A stretch of DNA of 63,468 nt, filler included, from Basidioascus undulatus (taxonomy: Eukaryota): assembly GCA_000826855.1 (NCBI GenBank). It is 9 parts of 9 records of this genome, joined end to end, with 100 filler letters (N's around TTAATTAATTAA, not from the genome) between each part and the next. Parts side by side here need not be neighbours in the genome. Positions count along the whole stretch, not along the records: positions 1 to 22,953 come from JTLS01000278.1; positions 23,054 to 25,452 come from JTLS01002784.1; positions 25,553 to 27,951 come from JTLS01002785.1; 6 more parts are not named here. One strand, 5' to 3'. Of this stretch, positions 13,529 through 25,607 are shown one piece after another (position 1 is the stretch's first letter; the number at the start of each line of letters is the position of its first letter). The notes under the pieces were generated by a model. That model saw nothing but the letters and a program-made list of their open reading frames with translations. It was not told where the DNA came from and did no database searches. The position numbers and the translations under genes were made by a program.

Positions 13529-15024
13529 ATGGAGATCGATCCCGCCTTCTGACGGACCTCGCCTGACATCTTCGCCCTCGAGCAACGTTCCATATTTCAT
13601 CGGGTGCGGCTATCGATCAGCTAGCATTCACTCGCTCGCTCGTAACGCACACTGATACAGATGTATATTTTTCCATGGTATATGAGATTCCAGTCATGGC
13701 TGGCCATAACGCATGTTTCCCGCCTAGCGAACCCGGGCGACTACGCGACGTTCGACGTCGTGGGCGCGCCGGGGCTGCTCGTGAACGACGGGGGAAACCG
13801 GATAGTGCGGGTTGGTTCTTTCCAAGTTGACGGAAAAGCCTACTGATATGTTTGAGAGAAGAGAGCGATGTGGAATAGATACAGACACAAGGGTCTGCCG
13901 GTCATGAGCGGCTGCGGTTCGAAAGAAGTCTTGCAATGCGAAGTCCGTCTGCCCTTCCTCAATTCCACATCCGCGTTGCTCAACAGTATGTACGCACGCA
14001 TAAGCCTTCCATATCTCCTACCCGGCTGAATCCCGTCGACGATCCCTCACCCTCGGGCCTCACGCACAAGCACGGCTGGACGTACGCCCGCACCGGCGAA
14101 CTGCTCTCCATCCCGGGCGCGCAGCCGGCCCCTCCATTCTCCTTCCCCGCCCACAGCCTGCTCCAGATACACCCTCACGTCTCCCCGGACCGAATAGCTT
14201 TCATCAACCTCGACTCTTCTCCCGAGCCCGCGCGGGTGCCGCCTGAGCTGCGAGAGGGCGTCCTCCCGGTGGAACGAGGAGAGGTCAGACAATGGTATTT
14301 TGCCCGGACTTGGAGCGTCGAGGGAGCAGAGTTCAATTGGGTGCGTATTTATTCAGTGGCCATTTTGGGGATTGATATGTTGAATGTCGCGTAACAGAAA
14401 TTTGCAGCCGAAAACGTTTTCTCTCCCTCCCTCGTCACTTGCAGCGCTCCCGTCCAACAAAACGACATCATCACCACCGTACGTTTCCAACTTATTATTC
14501 TCCACTTACACTTGTTATCGACCTCAAAGCAACCCTTACCCTTCTCCCCATCCAGTCCACCTTGCTCTTCCCAAACACACTGCTTACCACAACCTCCTCC
14601 CCGACCGGGCGCCAACTCTACCTCGGCGTCACCCGCATCTTGCCTGTCTCATCTACCCGTACCCGCCTAGGGACGGACGTCTTCTTCCCCAAAACTTCTA
14701 AAGTCGACGTCACGAACGACGCCGCGTCGCTTGCCGCCGAATCGCACGCCTACTACATTAACGTTAAACCCTCCCACCTCCCCACCTCCCCTCCCAGATC
14801 AGGTCCGGTCTTACGTGCTCTCCCACTCCAACCTCTCCGCGCAATCGCAGCCTCAACACGCAACATCCGACCCCGCCCAAGCACACTACACCGCGCTCCT
14901 CCCGCACTTCGAAGCGGAGCGTGCGCGGGAGGAAGAAATCGAGCCTGCGGTGTTTCGTGCGGAGCTGGTTGCGGGTGGGAAAACGGGTGGATGTCGGACG
15001 ACGTGTGGGGAATTGGAGTGGTAG
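13529..15024 (+). pseudogene. Rieske [2Fe-2S] oxygenase-like (choline monooxygenase-like) gene, disrupted
   Basis: Spliced product: PAF*RTSPDIFALEQRSIF, WLAITHVSRL.NPGDY, N.YRHKG (normally CRH), CEYHGWTY..TGEL, HSLLQIH...FINLD, FNWK, C-terminal ELEW*. In-frame TGA at 13550-13552. Confidence 0.75.
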
Positions 15025-15998
15025 GGTGCGTAACTCGTGAGGGAGCTGCTGACTGCACTTGCTACGACGTGAAGTGGCAGCCATAGATAGCTAGGACTCG
15101 AACAGGACTTCCAGAACAAAGCCCGATCATGCGCGTGGGGACTGGTAAGACAGGCAGGCACAGGCATATAGAAACTTCACGGAGCGCATGCGACGGACGT
15201 GGTACTCGAGAAGAGCGCTGCTCGGGCAAGCGAAACGACACATTACCGGTATTCGATTCCCTCGCAAGTTTCGAGTACCGGGCCGGAAGCGGGCGACGAG
15301 CGGGTATCTCACGGCGTTCAGCTTCAGCATCCTCTCAAGCCGGCATTCGGTCCGAGCGAAAGAAGGCGGACTGGGTCGGCGCGGTGAATTGCTTCTATCG
15401 GGCTTAATTATACTCGTCTGGGGGTTAAGAACGCGAGCATCAGCACGAAGGAGCCGAGTTTTTGTGTTGGCAGCGTTGTTGGATTTGCAGTATCCGGTAG
15501 CGGCAAAAATTTGAATAACGGACTTGCCAGCTGAGCGATGTAGGGACAAATCGAAGCCGGTGGAGCGGAAAGGACCAAGATGGAGAATGCAGTAGGCATT
15601 CTGACGAGGACTGAGGACCTGGGGGACTCGGGAGGAAGGCGGCGTCCGCGCGTGAGTCGAGGGAGTGCCGCAAATTGACTTGCGCACATGAGCTTTGCAG
15701 CTGCAACCCGGAAGGAAAGAGCGAACGCGCTCTGATGGCCTTGAGCACGCGAGGAAGAGCGAAGAGACCGAGCTCGAGCTCGAGCGATCGAGGTGAGCGA
15801 CTGGAAGGGAGGTGAGCGAGCGAGGGTAAAGTGGTCAGCGCGACGAGAATGGGCATGGGCACGGCACGGTGCACCGCGCACGCGGTGAGAGCAGAGAGCG
15901 CGAACGCCGCGGCGAGAGCTGCATTGATCCCCCGCTCCCAGAGTTCCTTCTTTCCCTTCTTTCCCTTCCCCGAGTTCCCTGTCTATGAGATGGCGCGC

Positions 15999-16439
15999 TT
16001 AGTGCGCGGCGTTCGCCTTGGCCGCGCTCGAGACTGATTGTGAATGCGGGAGTCAGCACCCAAGAGAGAAGCGGACGGAAGCAGGGCGGGTGTGAAGGGG
16101 GAGGTGAGGGAAGGCAAGGACGACGCACTGTACGGGTTGCGCGGGTCCTTGGCGTAGGTCTCGGCTGTTCCGGACACCCGATGTCAGCATCGCCCAGGAG
16201 ACGCAGAGGGAAGGAGACGAGAAAGAGGAAGGGGCAGCAGGGGAGGAGAGACGGACAGTAGACACCAGCGGACTGGGCCTTGGCAACGCCGTACCAGACG
16301 ATGGCAGCGCCAACGATGAAGGGCGCGATGGGCTTGAGGACCTGTGTGCAGTGGGGTAAGGGGTGAGGTTCGAGGAGGAAGGGTAAGAAGATTGGGAACG
16401 AACGGGGGTGGGGTACTTGCGGAAGCCGAGGAAGGACAT
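15999..16439 (-). CDS. ATP18: Mitochondrial ATP synthase subunit J/i
   Basis: Spliced MSFLGFRKYPTPVLKPIAPFIVGAAIVWYGVAKAQ...YAKDPRNPY; three introns. Confidence 0.9.
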
Positions 16440-16820
16440 AGTGGGCTGGCGGAGGGGAGTGAAGAGGGTGTTAGGATCCGGTATACGTGGGTGGGAGTGT
16501 GATGTGCGGGGCTGGACTGGAGACGAGGAGGTTGAAGGGAGGGGGTCGAGGAGGTCGCCGAGCAGGGTGCTGGCCCGCCTCCGCCATTCGAACGGATCCC
16601 AGCACCTCCCTTTTCCTCTGCCTTTCGAATAGCGCAACATATCCGCAACAGATTACCGGTCAGTTGTCGGTGCGCCAGCGAGATACTCACCAGACGAGCG
16701 TGAAGCGACGAGGACGGTGAAGGTCAAGAACAAGCCAGGCGCCAGAGTCCAGCGCGCAACGTCTTCGCCGCCTTGCTCCGCCGGACGCCGCTGGTACCCT
16801 TGCCTTCCTCACCGACTGCA

Positions 16821-17639
16821 ATGGCTGTATATCTTTGCTCTCACTCATGGAACAGTGAGAATTAATTCATTATTTGATATCGATATACGGGCGCCATCCG
16901 ACATTACCATCTTGCCGCCGCCCTGGCCCATTGCCGAGTTCCGCGCCGTCGATGACCGCGTCCGCGGCGGCGCGAGCGTGAGCCACTTGAGCTCGCTCAA
17001 GGATGAGGAGGAGGGCGCGGAGGGTGTTCGGCTCTGGGGCAACCTAGGTGCGTTTTTACACTCTTTATTTTATCACACAATACCTTGTTGGTGGAGCAGA
17101 CTGATGTCGCATTCCACAGTCACCGACACACTCGGCGGCGCAGGCTTCGCATCCCAAGCGTACACGCCCCCCTAACCATTCTCCTTCCCATCCTCCCAAT
17201 TCTCCGGACTCGTGCTCTCCCTCCTCCCCTCCCCTCCCTTTCCGAGAAAAGCGCACCAACGACCTTCACCCTGTCCCTCAAGCCCCGCCTTCCCAGCCAC
17301 CGCCCCGACGGCCGCCTCCGCTCCGTAACGACCTACGAGACGTCGTCCTTCTCCCCGTCGTCCTTTTCCTGGGATGCACAAGAGATCTTCATCCCCTTCT
17401 CGTCCCTCGAGCCCACGTACCGCGGCCGCTCGGAGCCCGACGCGGGCGCGCTCGAACCCCACGCATCGCCGAGCTCCTTCGGGAGGCAGTCGGGCGAGTG
17501 CGAGCTGCGCCTGTGGGGTATTGCGGCGAGGCGGAGGGAGAGCGTCCGGGGAGTCTGGGCATGGTGGGAGGCCGTGAAGGCGTGGGTGGGGGGCTTGTGG
17601 GACGCGATGTGGAGCGCTGGAGGGGCGAGGGCGCGTTGA
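16821..17639 (+). pseudogene. CIA30 (complex I intermediate-associated protein 30) domain gene, disrupted
   Basis: FRAVDDRVRGGAS.S, GNL..TLGGAGFASQ, PTYRGR, FGRQSG. In-frame TAA 17173-17175, frameshift near 17230-17245 and an apparent internal deletion. Start is approximate. Confidence 0.7.
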
Positions 17640-18165
17640 GACTTTCATAAGCGAGCAATTTGTAGAAATAGTTAGATTTGGTGCGTTTGCCCCATTATGT
17701 GCTGGTGCTTCGATGTTCTGTAACGGACGAGGTCCACCGGAGGCTGATGCATACGCCTAAACCCACCCAGTCCCCGATCCGCAAACCCATCTGTACTTCT
17801 ACCTCCCAGTCCCAACCGTCTATCCCCCACAGTCCATGCAATAAATGATACATCCCATCCCCCAGCCAAACGCCCAGCGCGCAATGTCGCAGACCAGCGT
17901 GCCCTGTGCCAGCCAACCCCCTGCCTGGCCCCTGCACCCTGCACCCTGCACCCCTGTCCATGTCCAAGTCCCGCTCTCTGCTCTCCCTCTTCTCCGCCCG
18001 CGCATGACCAAGATCCCAAGAATACACCTCTCTGTCGCAGACCGCTCTTAGCGCGCGCCGTCCGTCCGCCAGCCGACGCAGACCGACACCGCCACGCCGC
18101 CTTCGCCATCCGTGCAGGCCGACCCACTCTCAACACCCACCCGATACATCCGCCCTCCCAATGCC

Positions 18166-18174
18166 TATATAAAA
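18166..18174 (+). promoter_or_regulatory. TATA box
   Basis: TATATAAAA about 140 nt upstream of the ATG at 18313, followed by a pyrimidine-rich leader. Confidence 0.6.
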
Positions 18175-18312
18175 CACAATCCTCCTCCCTCCCAACTTTC
18201 CCCATCTCACTACCTCCCCCGCCTCTGCCCACCGCCCTTCGACACTCGCCTTCCCCTCCCGCCCTTCGCCGACTCCGACCCGACACCGCCCCGCCAGACA
18301 CCGACAAGCACG

Positions 18313-19069
18313 ATGAAGTCCAGCACCAGCGCGACCCTCACGCTCGCGCTCCTCGCGCTCGCCTCGTCGGCGCTCGCGCTGCCCCTCCCGCTCCTCCCGC
18401 GGGACGACGTGCGTCCCCCCCTTCCTCCTCCCTTCCCCTTCCTTCCCCCTCCCTCTTCCCTTTACTGACCGTCCCCGTTTTCCTTCCTCAGTGCGACTGC
18501 CACGACGGCCAACCCTCCGGCCAGCCGGGCTTCTCGCTGTTCCCGAACCCGGAGGTGCACATCTGCATCGGCCTCGAGATCCTCGGCGAGGTCCGTTCCC
18601 TCTCCACCTTTCATCCCCCCTGCCGGTTGATGCTGACTTTCCTTGTGGTGGGCTTACAGGACGGCGTCTGCCAGCCTCCGACCGGCCCTCTGACCGACCT
18701 TCCCACTGGCTCGCCGCAGATCAACGTCTGCATCGGCATCGAGATCCTCGGCGAGGTCCGTTCCCTTCTCCCCCTCCTCCCTCCTTCCCTTCTCCCCTCC
18801 GCGTTGATGCTGATTTGCGGTGCGTTCCATAGGACGGCATCTGCCACCCTCCCACGGGCCCTTCGACTGGCCCGTCGACCGAGCCTCCCGCTGGCCCGTC
18901 GACCGAGCCTCCCGCTGGCCCGTCGATCGAGCCTCCCGCTGGCCCGTCGATCGAGTGCCCCGTGCTCGACTGCGTCCCTCGCTCGACGCGCGACTCGCTC
19001 CTCAGGGCCTTCGCGGACGTCAAGGTGCTGCACCTCCTGCAGGTGTGCGCGGAGGTCGACGTCGCTTGA
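18313..19069 (+). CDS. Small secreted Cys-containing repeat protein (uncharacterised)
   Basis: Signal peptide MKSSTSATLTLALLALASSALA; three introns; duplicated CIG.EILGE|DG.C.PPTGP unit; GPS[TI]EPPA repeats. Confidence 0.75.
18869..18955 (+). repeat. 24-nt coding tandem repeat (about 3.5 copies)
   Basis: GGCCCGTCGA(C/T)CGAGCCTCCCGCT repeated. Confidence 0.9.
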
Positions 19070-19749
19070 TCGGGTTCTCTCTCCCTCTCTCCCTCTTTCC
19101 TTCTCTCTTAGGTCTACTTGACATGCGGTCTTGTTACCTCTCGTCACTCGCTTAATAATGGTCGCTCGCTTGTCGGTGGATCGCAATGGAATGTCGCTTG
19201 CCCCCTCATGTAGCACTGGAACAGTTTATAGTTTTCTCTGACTCGGTTGTCGTACGCTCGCTTGCTTGCTCTTGGAATATATCGTTGCATTGGTGTTTGT
19301 TATCCTCGCTTGTTGCGCGCCCTGCTTGCTTTCGGGCGATTGGACGCGATCTTTCGTGCGCTTTAGCCGACAGTGTCTTGTCGGGCTTCCATCGCTTTCA
19401 TCTCTGTCGACGTCTGATCTTTCCATTCACCTTGTTCCTTCCGCGCACCGAATTAGCTTGAAAATTTCTTTAGCAGTTCGCTTGGTGTCTTCAGCCGCTG
19501 TGCAGGGTACAGCTTCCCGGCGCCTCTTCCGTGTTGTCCGTGACTGCTGGTGCGTCATGAAAGGATGTCGCAGCATTGGCCCTCACGGTGTTCTGCGTTC
19601 ACGATGAAGCTCTTCCAGTTCGACCTAGATGTTCCATACAGACCAATTAATCGACGGTCGGACTTCGCCTGGCAACGGCTTTCCTTTTGTCTCCTGTTCC
19701 CTTTCATCTTTCCTTCCTGCTCTTCCACTCCTTCTTTCGCTTCCACCAA

Positions 19750-20990
19750 TTAGAGGATCCCACACGAATTTCCTCATACCCCACGCTCATTTTCGGCCGC
19801 TTCTCTGTCCACCGCATCCCCAAGGGCCTCTGCCTGCGACTGTACACAACCCCCTCCCGAATTCCGCCAATCCCGCCCTCCGCCTTCGTCGGCAGCCACA
19901 AGCTGGCAGACGCTATCGCCGCCCAGAACGACTCATCTATGCCTTACCGCAAACGCTGCCTCGCCCCGGTCCGGCAGGGCGTCCGCGTCTACGCCGAGTA
20001 CGCAGCGACCTTCAGCCGGATCCGCTCCCGTAGCGGGATGGGCTGGCGCTATATGAGAGCCTACTCTCCCCATGGCCCAATTTGTTCGCCGTGTCTCGGT
20101 CCTCATTGCCCAAGATTCGCAGTCCGGGGCGGCCAGCTCGCTCGACCTTTCCGCCATGACTTTCATTGCCCCCTTGCTTGCCGGGCTGAGGGCTTTCAGC
20201 GCCTTAGGCTCCACTGACGGCTCTTGGGCCTGGCTATCGGGGCTGCATCCTGGACGCATTGAGCCGTAGCTGCGCCCATAGCCTCACTTCCTTAGAGAGC
20301 TTATACGTTCAGCTGTCACCACAGGCTACGGAAAAGGCTTGACCTTTTTCGTCTTGAATCGTTTCATGTGTCTTCGGACGCTGGACAAAAGCGCATAGTG
20401 GAGTGTGGAGCTTACAGGTACGAGACTGTGCACTTGGACCTGCCTCGGCTTGGATGTCTCTACCTCAATCCGAGTTTGGCGTTGGCCCTCAGCTCACCAC
20501 CACTCTCGGCTGACATGTTTCCAGCACTCAGTATGCTTACGGTTGCTCTAGAGCGAGTCGATCAAATGGAGATATTTCTTCCATTTCTCAACCGTCACGG
20601 CCAGAACTTGCGCTTCTTCGGGGTTGCGGTCCGCCACCACGAACTCGAACTTGCTCATCTGCTCGCGCCGCTCGAGCCTTGACACGCTCCGACTTACCCT
20701 CAGCGCAGCCTCACAGGCTTTTTGAGCTGCCAGCTGCTCTTCTACAGACCCTCCGCCACCTGATACTAAACCTCTCCGGAACGTCCCCCGAATATCGCAA
20801 CATTCTCGGAAATATGCTCGGCGCCCAGAGAAGCTCGATACCGTCATGCTGAAGATTGCCGTATCAGGACCGTTTGCATGGGAGCTCAGCGATGAGGGGC
20901 TTCTAGGTTGGGCCGTTCAGATGAGCCTCATGCTGGAGCGCTATGGGTTCGCGTGTACGACGAGAAGGGGGAACGCTTGTCAGTACTGAA
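19750..20990 (+). pseudogene. Possible decayed LRR-like gene
   Basis: Fragmented frames with LRR-like segments (LPRLGCLYL, FPALSMLTV, GQNLRFFGV) and multiple stops. Boundaries are approximate. Confidence 0.25.
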
Positions 20991-21318
20991 GGTTGTGTAG
21001 GGGTTGCATGGGCATAAAAGAGTTGTAAAGAAAGGAGAGCCGAGGTCTTGGTCGCCATTTACATGCATTTCAGGCAAACGAACGTTGGATGCACAGAGCG
21101 TGTCGGCTAGAGACCGTTGCCTGCCTGGAGCCCTTTCAAGTCAGTTGATACGCTAGTATATACTTTCTTTTCGACCTTTAGATAACGTACATTGGGGTCG
21201 GCGCCCGCCCAAGGCTCTTGCAGCAGTACCGCACTTCACAATTGCGCGCCCATTCGCCAAGGGTGGCCGACGTTCTCTCGGAAGAAATCTAGCATGGGAT
21301 ACAATCGCCGAAGAATGT

Positions 21319-21788
21319 TTAGAGAATCCTCGCTCTCGCGCCCTCACGGAAAGCCCAGGCAAGGCATCCCACCGCCACAGACGCCTTCGCGAAGCCGAAA
21401 GGCGTTACCTCCTCCGTCACAGCCCAAGACGATGTTTCACATGCAGCGCGCAATGACCCCGACGACGACAGCCCGCGTCGCCTCCCGCTTTTTGCGCCAG
21501 CTGGGAAACCATCAGACGAGTTTACCAACGCAACTTTGATGAACTGTCCTCCTAGTTGAATGAGTCGTGCGAAGCCACCGTACAGAGAGTGGAGTGCCTC
21601 TCCGAGAGCGCAGACGAAACGAGACAGCTGAGACCAGACGGAGGGAAGAGGCAGTGGTCGAGCACCCTACGCGCGAGGAGGACGGGGGACGTGGCAATCT
21701 CTGTGGGTGAGGGCAGCTGCACCGCCGCCAGCCCGGTGAGGAAGGAGAAGATCAGGGAGAGGAGGAGGAGCAGGATGGTGAACTTCAT
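21319..21788 (-). CDS. Putative small secreted protein
   Basis: Strong signal peptide MKFTILLLLLSLIFSFLTGLAA and an upstream TATAAAT (about 21917-21923). Downstream exon structure is uncertain. Confidence 0.4.
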
Positions 21789-22953
21789 CGTGGCCAGCAC
21801 TGACGGTGGATGGGCGCGGGACGTGGTGTGCGTTAGGGGGGTGGGGTGAGGGAGTGAGAAGAAGGATGGTAGAAGTTGTGTGGTTAAGTAGGCTGGACAA
21901 TTTAATGTGACTGGCAATTTATATTTCTGCCCTCAAGAAATTCCATACATTCCCGGAACAGGCCGCGGCTTTGATATGTCTGCCACGCACTGCTGTTGTC
22001 CTGACTTGTTGTAAGACTCAAGCAGCAAGATAGGTCTTCGGAAAGTAGCTCTTGGCTTCAGTTAGTTGATAAGAGCCCGCGACAGCTGCAGCAATCCGCA
22101 GAACGGGAGCGCGCAGGCACGGTACCACCGACAGCGACCTCACGATCGACCTTGCGAGCGGTCATTCGGGGCATGTGCTTTAGTGAAGACTAACGAGATT
22201 CTTTAGGAGGGACCGCCCGGAAAATACCATCTTCCATTCACCAGGGGTGGTCTGGTGGTCCGTCCCTCACCCAGGATTTCACCCGACGCTGCGCAACTGC
22301 AAACCATGGCCACATGCTGAAGCACTTCTGCACACAGCGTAACATAGAAGCCAGTTCTCGAAGGGGATGTCGGTAACATTGATCAAAGAGAAATGATCTA
22401 GCTCATCTGGCAGTATGGCCACCGTAGCACGGCCACCCATCCTTTCGCAACGCCGGACCACACCCCCCTCTCCTTCAATCGGCACATTCAAACAATTGGA
22501 CTCTGTCGTGCCCTAGAGAAAGAGGTGCCGATGAAGTGAAGACAGCAGCGCAGCGTTGCGAAGAGGCAGTGGCCAAGCGCGGCGCTGCGTCCGTACTAGA
22601 TCGCAGTATGCATGTGAAGCGAGGTCCCAACTTCATCCAGTTCGGCGGCGTGGCTATGTTTCCGGATGAAAGGCGTCGTGAGCAAACTCATATTTTACGT
22701 ATCCTTCCGATGAACCAGAACGATCCATGTGTCTAGTCCGTACGTTCCACTCAAACCACATCCAGCGACCCTCCGCCTCCCTCCTCCTCCGCATATCTAA
22801 ATATCCTTCTCGACCTGCCAGCTCGGCGTGCTCGGCCCATCCGTCAACTGTTCCGCTCGCCCACACAAAATAAGCGTCAACCTCCCTCTCTTCCCCTCTT
22901 CCCCTCTTCCCCTCTCCCCTGTCAGGCTCTTTCACGTGCACGGCCTCCTCGCC

Positions 22954-23053
22954 NNNNNNNNNNNNNNNNNNNNNNNNNNNNNNNNNNNNNNNNNNNNTTA
23001 ATTAATTAANNNNNNNNNNNNNNNNNNNNNNNNNNNNNNNNNNNNNNNNNNNN
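22954..23053. other. Artificial contig linker (N44-TTAATTAATTAA-N44)
   Basis: Six-frame stop spacer. Identical linkers at 25453-25552, 27952-28051, 30451-30550, 32950-33049, 35444-35543, 58486-58585 and 60980-61079. Confidence 0.97.
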
Positions 23054-23082
23054 GAGAGGGGTGAAGGGGGAGGACGACGCAC

Positions 23083-23490
23083 CTTCTCCAACCGCTTCGC
23101 CTCCCTCGCCTCCTCCGCCGCGTCCTTCTTCGCGCGCTCGCCGCGCTTGTAGATGTCCCGGATGAAGCGCTCCTTGTTCCCCTTGTGCTTCAGGCCGTTC
23201 TCGTGCTGCTGCCGGGACTGCGCGCCACCCCTTACGCAGGTCAGCTTGCGCGCGGCGAAGGAGAGGACGGAGGGGGACGGCTTACGGGCCTGTGTTGGGG
23301 AAGAAGGAGGGGGATTAGTGGGAAGGGAGCATTTGAAGATGGGATGAGAGTGAGGACGCACGCATCGTCTGTGATGAAGATGTCGCAGTACTTGCAGAGG
23401 TACTTCTTCTTCGACACCCTGCACGCCCGCAGAATCAGCACTGCACGAGTTCGCTAGTTCCAAAGAGCCTACGCACCAGTATTCGGACAT
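23083..23490 (-). CDS. U1-type zinc finger protein (WBP4/FBP21-like), 3' truncated by contig end
   Basis: Spliced MSEYWVSKKKYLCKYCDIFITDD...QQHENGLKHKGNKERFIR. Confidence 0.8.
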
Positions 23491-23773
23491 GATCGCGGTG
23501 TATGAAAGTAGATAAAGCGGCGAGCGTGATGGTTGATCACATCCATCGCGACAGGCGCGGGGAGCAGGTGGCATTACCGCGGAAGACGACCGTGGAAGTG
23601 TCGATGAAAGACCCCGGATGAGTTTGACGCGTCGCGCTTGACTTTGAGCGCGGGTGTTGACCGAGACTCGACTGTCGACCTGCGCTCACTCCCCGCCGCC
23701 GCTCTTCTCCTTCTCGCCGCCACCATCGTTCTCCCCCCACCAACATCCACTCACCCTCCCAATCTCATGAGCC

Positions 23774-25452
23774 ATGCCCCCGGTACCTGACATAATCAAA
23801 GTACGCTCCCTCCCCTCCTTTCCCACTCCTCCTCTCGGTTTGTAATCAGACTGATGTTCTCGCCGCGCACAACAGATCTCCTCCAACGCGGAATGGCAGG
23901 CCGAGCTGCGCGATATCCGGGATGCGCTCGAGCTGCCCGAGGGGGAAGACACATGGGAGAAGATCGATCGGGCCTTGTTGCGTTTGGCGGCGTGCGCCAA
24001 GGGAGGGGCTTACAAGCTTGATCCGCACTTTGTCGAGGGGATCCGGAGTGTCAGTAAGGGGTTCATCAGCGCTGTGAGTTCGCCTTTCTCTCCGTCCCCA
24101 TGCTTTCATGCTCCATACCAAGCATTTTGTGCTGATGCGGGCGTGTCGAACGAACCAGATGGTCTCCGAGCGCTCTCGCCTCTCGGGCTCCGCCGTCGAC
24201 TGCCTCAGCACGATCGCCCCCCGTCTCTCCACGCGGTTCCTCGACCTCGTCCCCCTCCTCATCCCTCCCCTCCTCCGGCTCACCTCCCGCCCCTCCAAGA
24301 TCTACGTGACGCGCGCGTCCAAAGCCCTCCAAACGATCCTCGCGCACACGCGCCTGCCGCACCTGATCACCTATCTCCGCGACGGCGTCGCGGACAAGTC
24401 GACCAGCATGCGCCAGGCGTGCGTCGACGGCGTCCTGCGTGCTATGGGGGAGTGCGGCGGCGCGGAGGGGGTGAGGAGCAGGGTGTTGGAGATCGAGGAG
24501 GTGCTGAGGGCGGGCGCGACGGATAAGGACGCCGAGGTAAGAAAGAGCTCGAAGAAGATTTGGGAGAAGTATCAGGAGATGTTCCCGGAGCGGGTCGAAT
24601 CGTGCGTTTCCCCTTTCGTCCCTCACCATTCATCTCTTCATCCAACTCACTCACTGACGCTCCCCCTCCCCGGACGCAGGTTCACCGACCCCCTAACGCC
24701 CATCATCCGCCGGTACCTCTCCATCGACCTCTCTCGCTCGGGTCCGCCGCCAAAGCAGCCGGCGCTCCACCCCCACCCTCTCTCACGGTCCATCACCAAC
24801 GCCAAGCCCTCCGCGCCCGCGATCGAGCACCCCGCGCCACTCGCAGCGTCCACCTCGCGCGCCGTGCGTGCTGCCCACCCGCCCGATTCTGCGCCCGCTT
24901 CACTCTCCTCCTCCACCTCCCACGCCGTCCGGCCCCCGAAAGCCCCCGCCCCCACAGACGACCGCCACGCCCTCGGTGCTTCGCACACCGGCCCCAGCCG
25001 CCCGGGCCACAACCGCTCCGTGTCGGCGTCCTCGGGACCTCAGCGCGCAGGCTTCCGCCCCGGCCCGTCCTCGTCGTCCTCCACCTCCAACACCAACTCA
25101 TCCTCCACCGGCCCGACCCGCGCACTCTCCACCTCCACCTCCACCGGCGCCCGGCGCCCCGCGCCCGCGCCCGCGCCCGCTTCCTCCTCATCTTCCTCCT
25201 CCGCGACCCGCCGCCCCGCAGCAGGAGGCGCGAGCCGCGCGACCCGCCCGAAGGATGCACCTGGGAGGTCTGGGCCTATGCGCGCCCCGGCGCGCCCGAC
25301 GCCACCTGCGCCGGCTCCCGCGGCGAGGGTGATGATGGCGCGGCTTGCGAGTGGGGGTGCGAAGGCGGAGGACAAGGACGCGTCCCAGTCCTCCAAGAAA
25401 GAACCTACCCCCGCGCCCGCGCCTGCCCTGCTGAAGTCCTCCCGCCCCGCAA
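23774..25452 (+). CDS. CLASP N-terminal domain protein (Stu1-like), 3' truncated
   Basis: EGEDTWEKIDRAL, SERSRLSGSA, DKS..MR, ATDKDAEVRK, then a Pro/Ser/Arg-rich disordered tail. Confidence 0.75.
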
Positions 25453-25607
25453 NNNNNNNNNNNNNNNNNNNNNNNNNNNNNNNNNNNNNNNNNNNNTTAA
25501 TTAATTAANNNNNNNNNNNNNNNNNNNNNNNNNNNNNNNNNNNNNNNNNNNNGGAGGGGTGGGAGGAGGGGGAGGAGGGGAAGGAGGAAGGGGGAACAGG
25601 GACGGAC

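Noticed and set aside
13550..13552. TGA read as Trp or Sec (alternative genetic code)
   Set aside because: Intact genes end in TGA (PKA 1830, SYF1 8446) and use TGG for Trp, and other broken genes carry TAA or TAG.
15180..15420. Possible structured ncRNA in the intergenic region
   Set aside because: I could not recognise any snRNA, snoRNA or SRP motif. An Infernal/Rfam search would be needed.
22279..22953. Coding-like minus-strand fragments at the end of contig 1
   Set aside because: Interrupted by stops, truncated by the gap and with no recognisable family.
22998..23009. Recurrent TTAATTAATTAA motif
   Set aside because: It is always centred in N runs of fixed length, so it is a synthetic six-frame stop linker.
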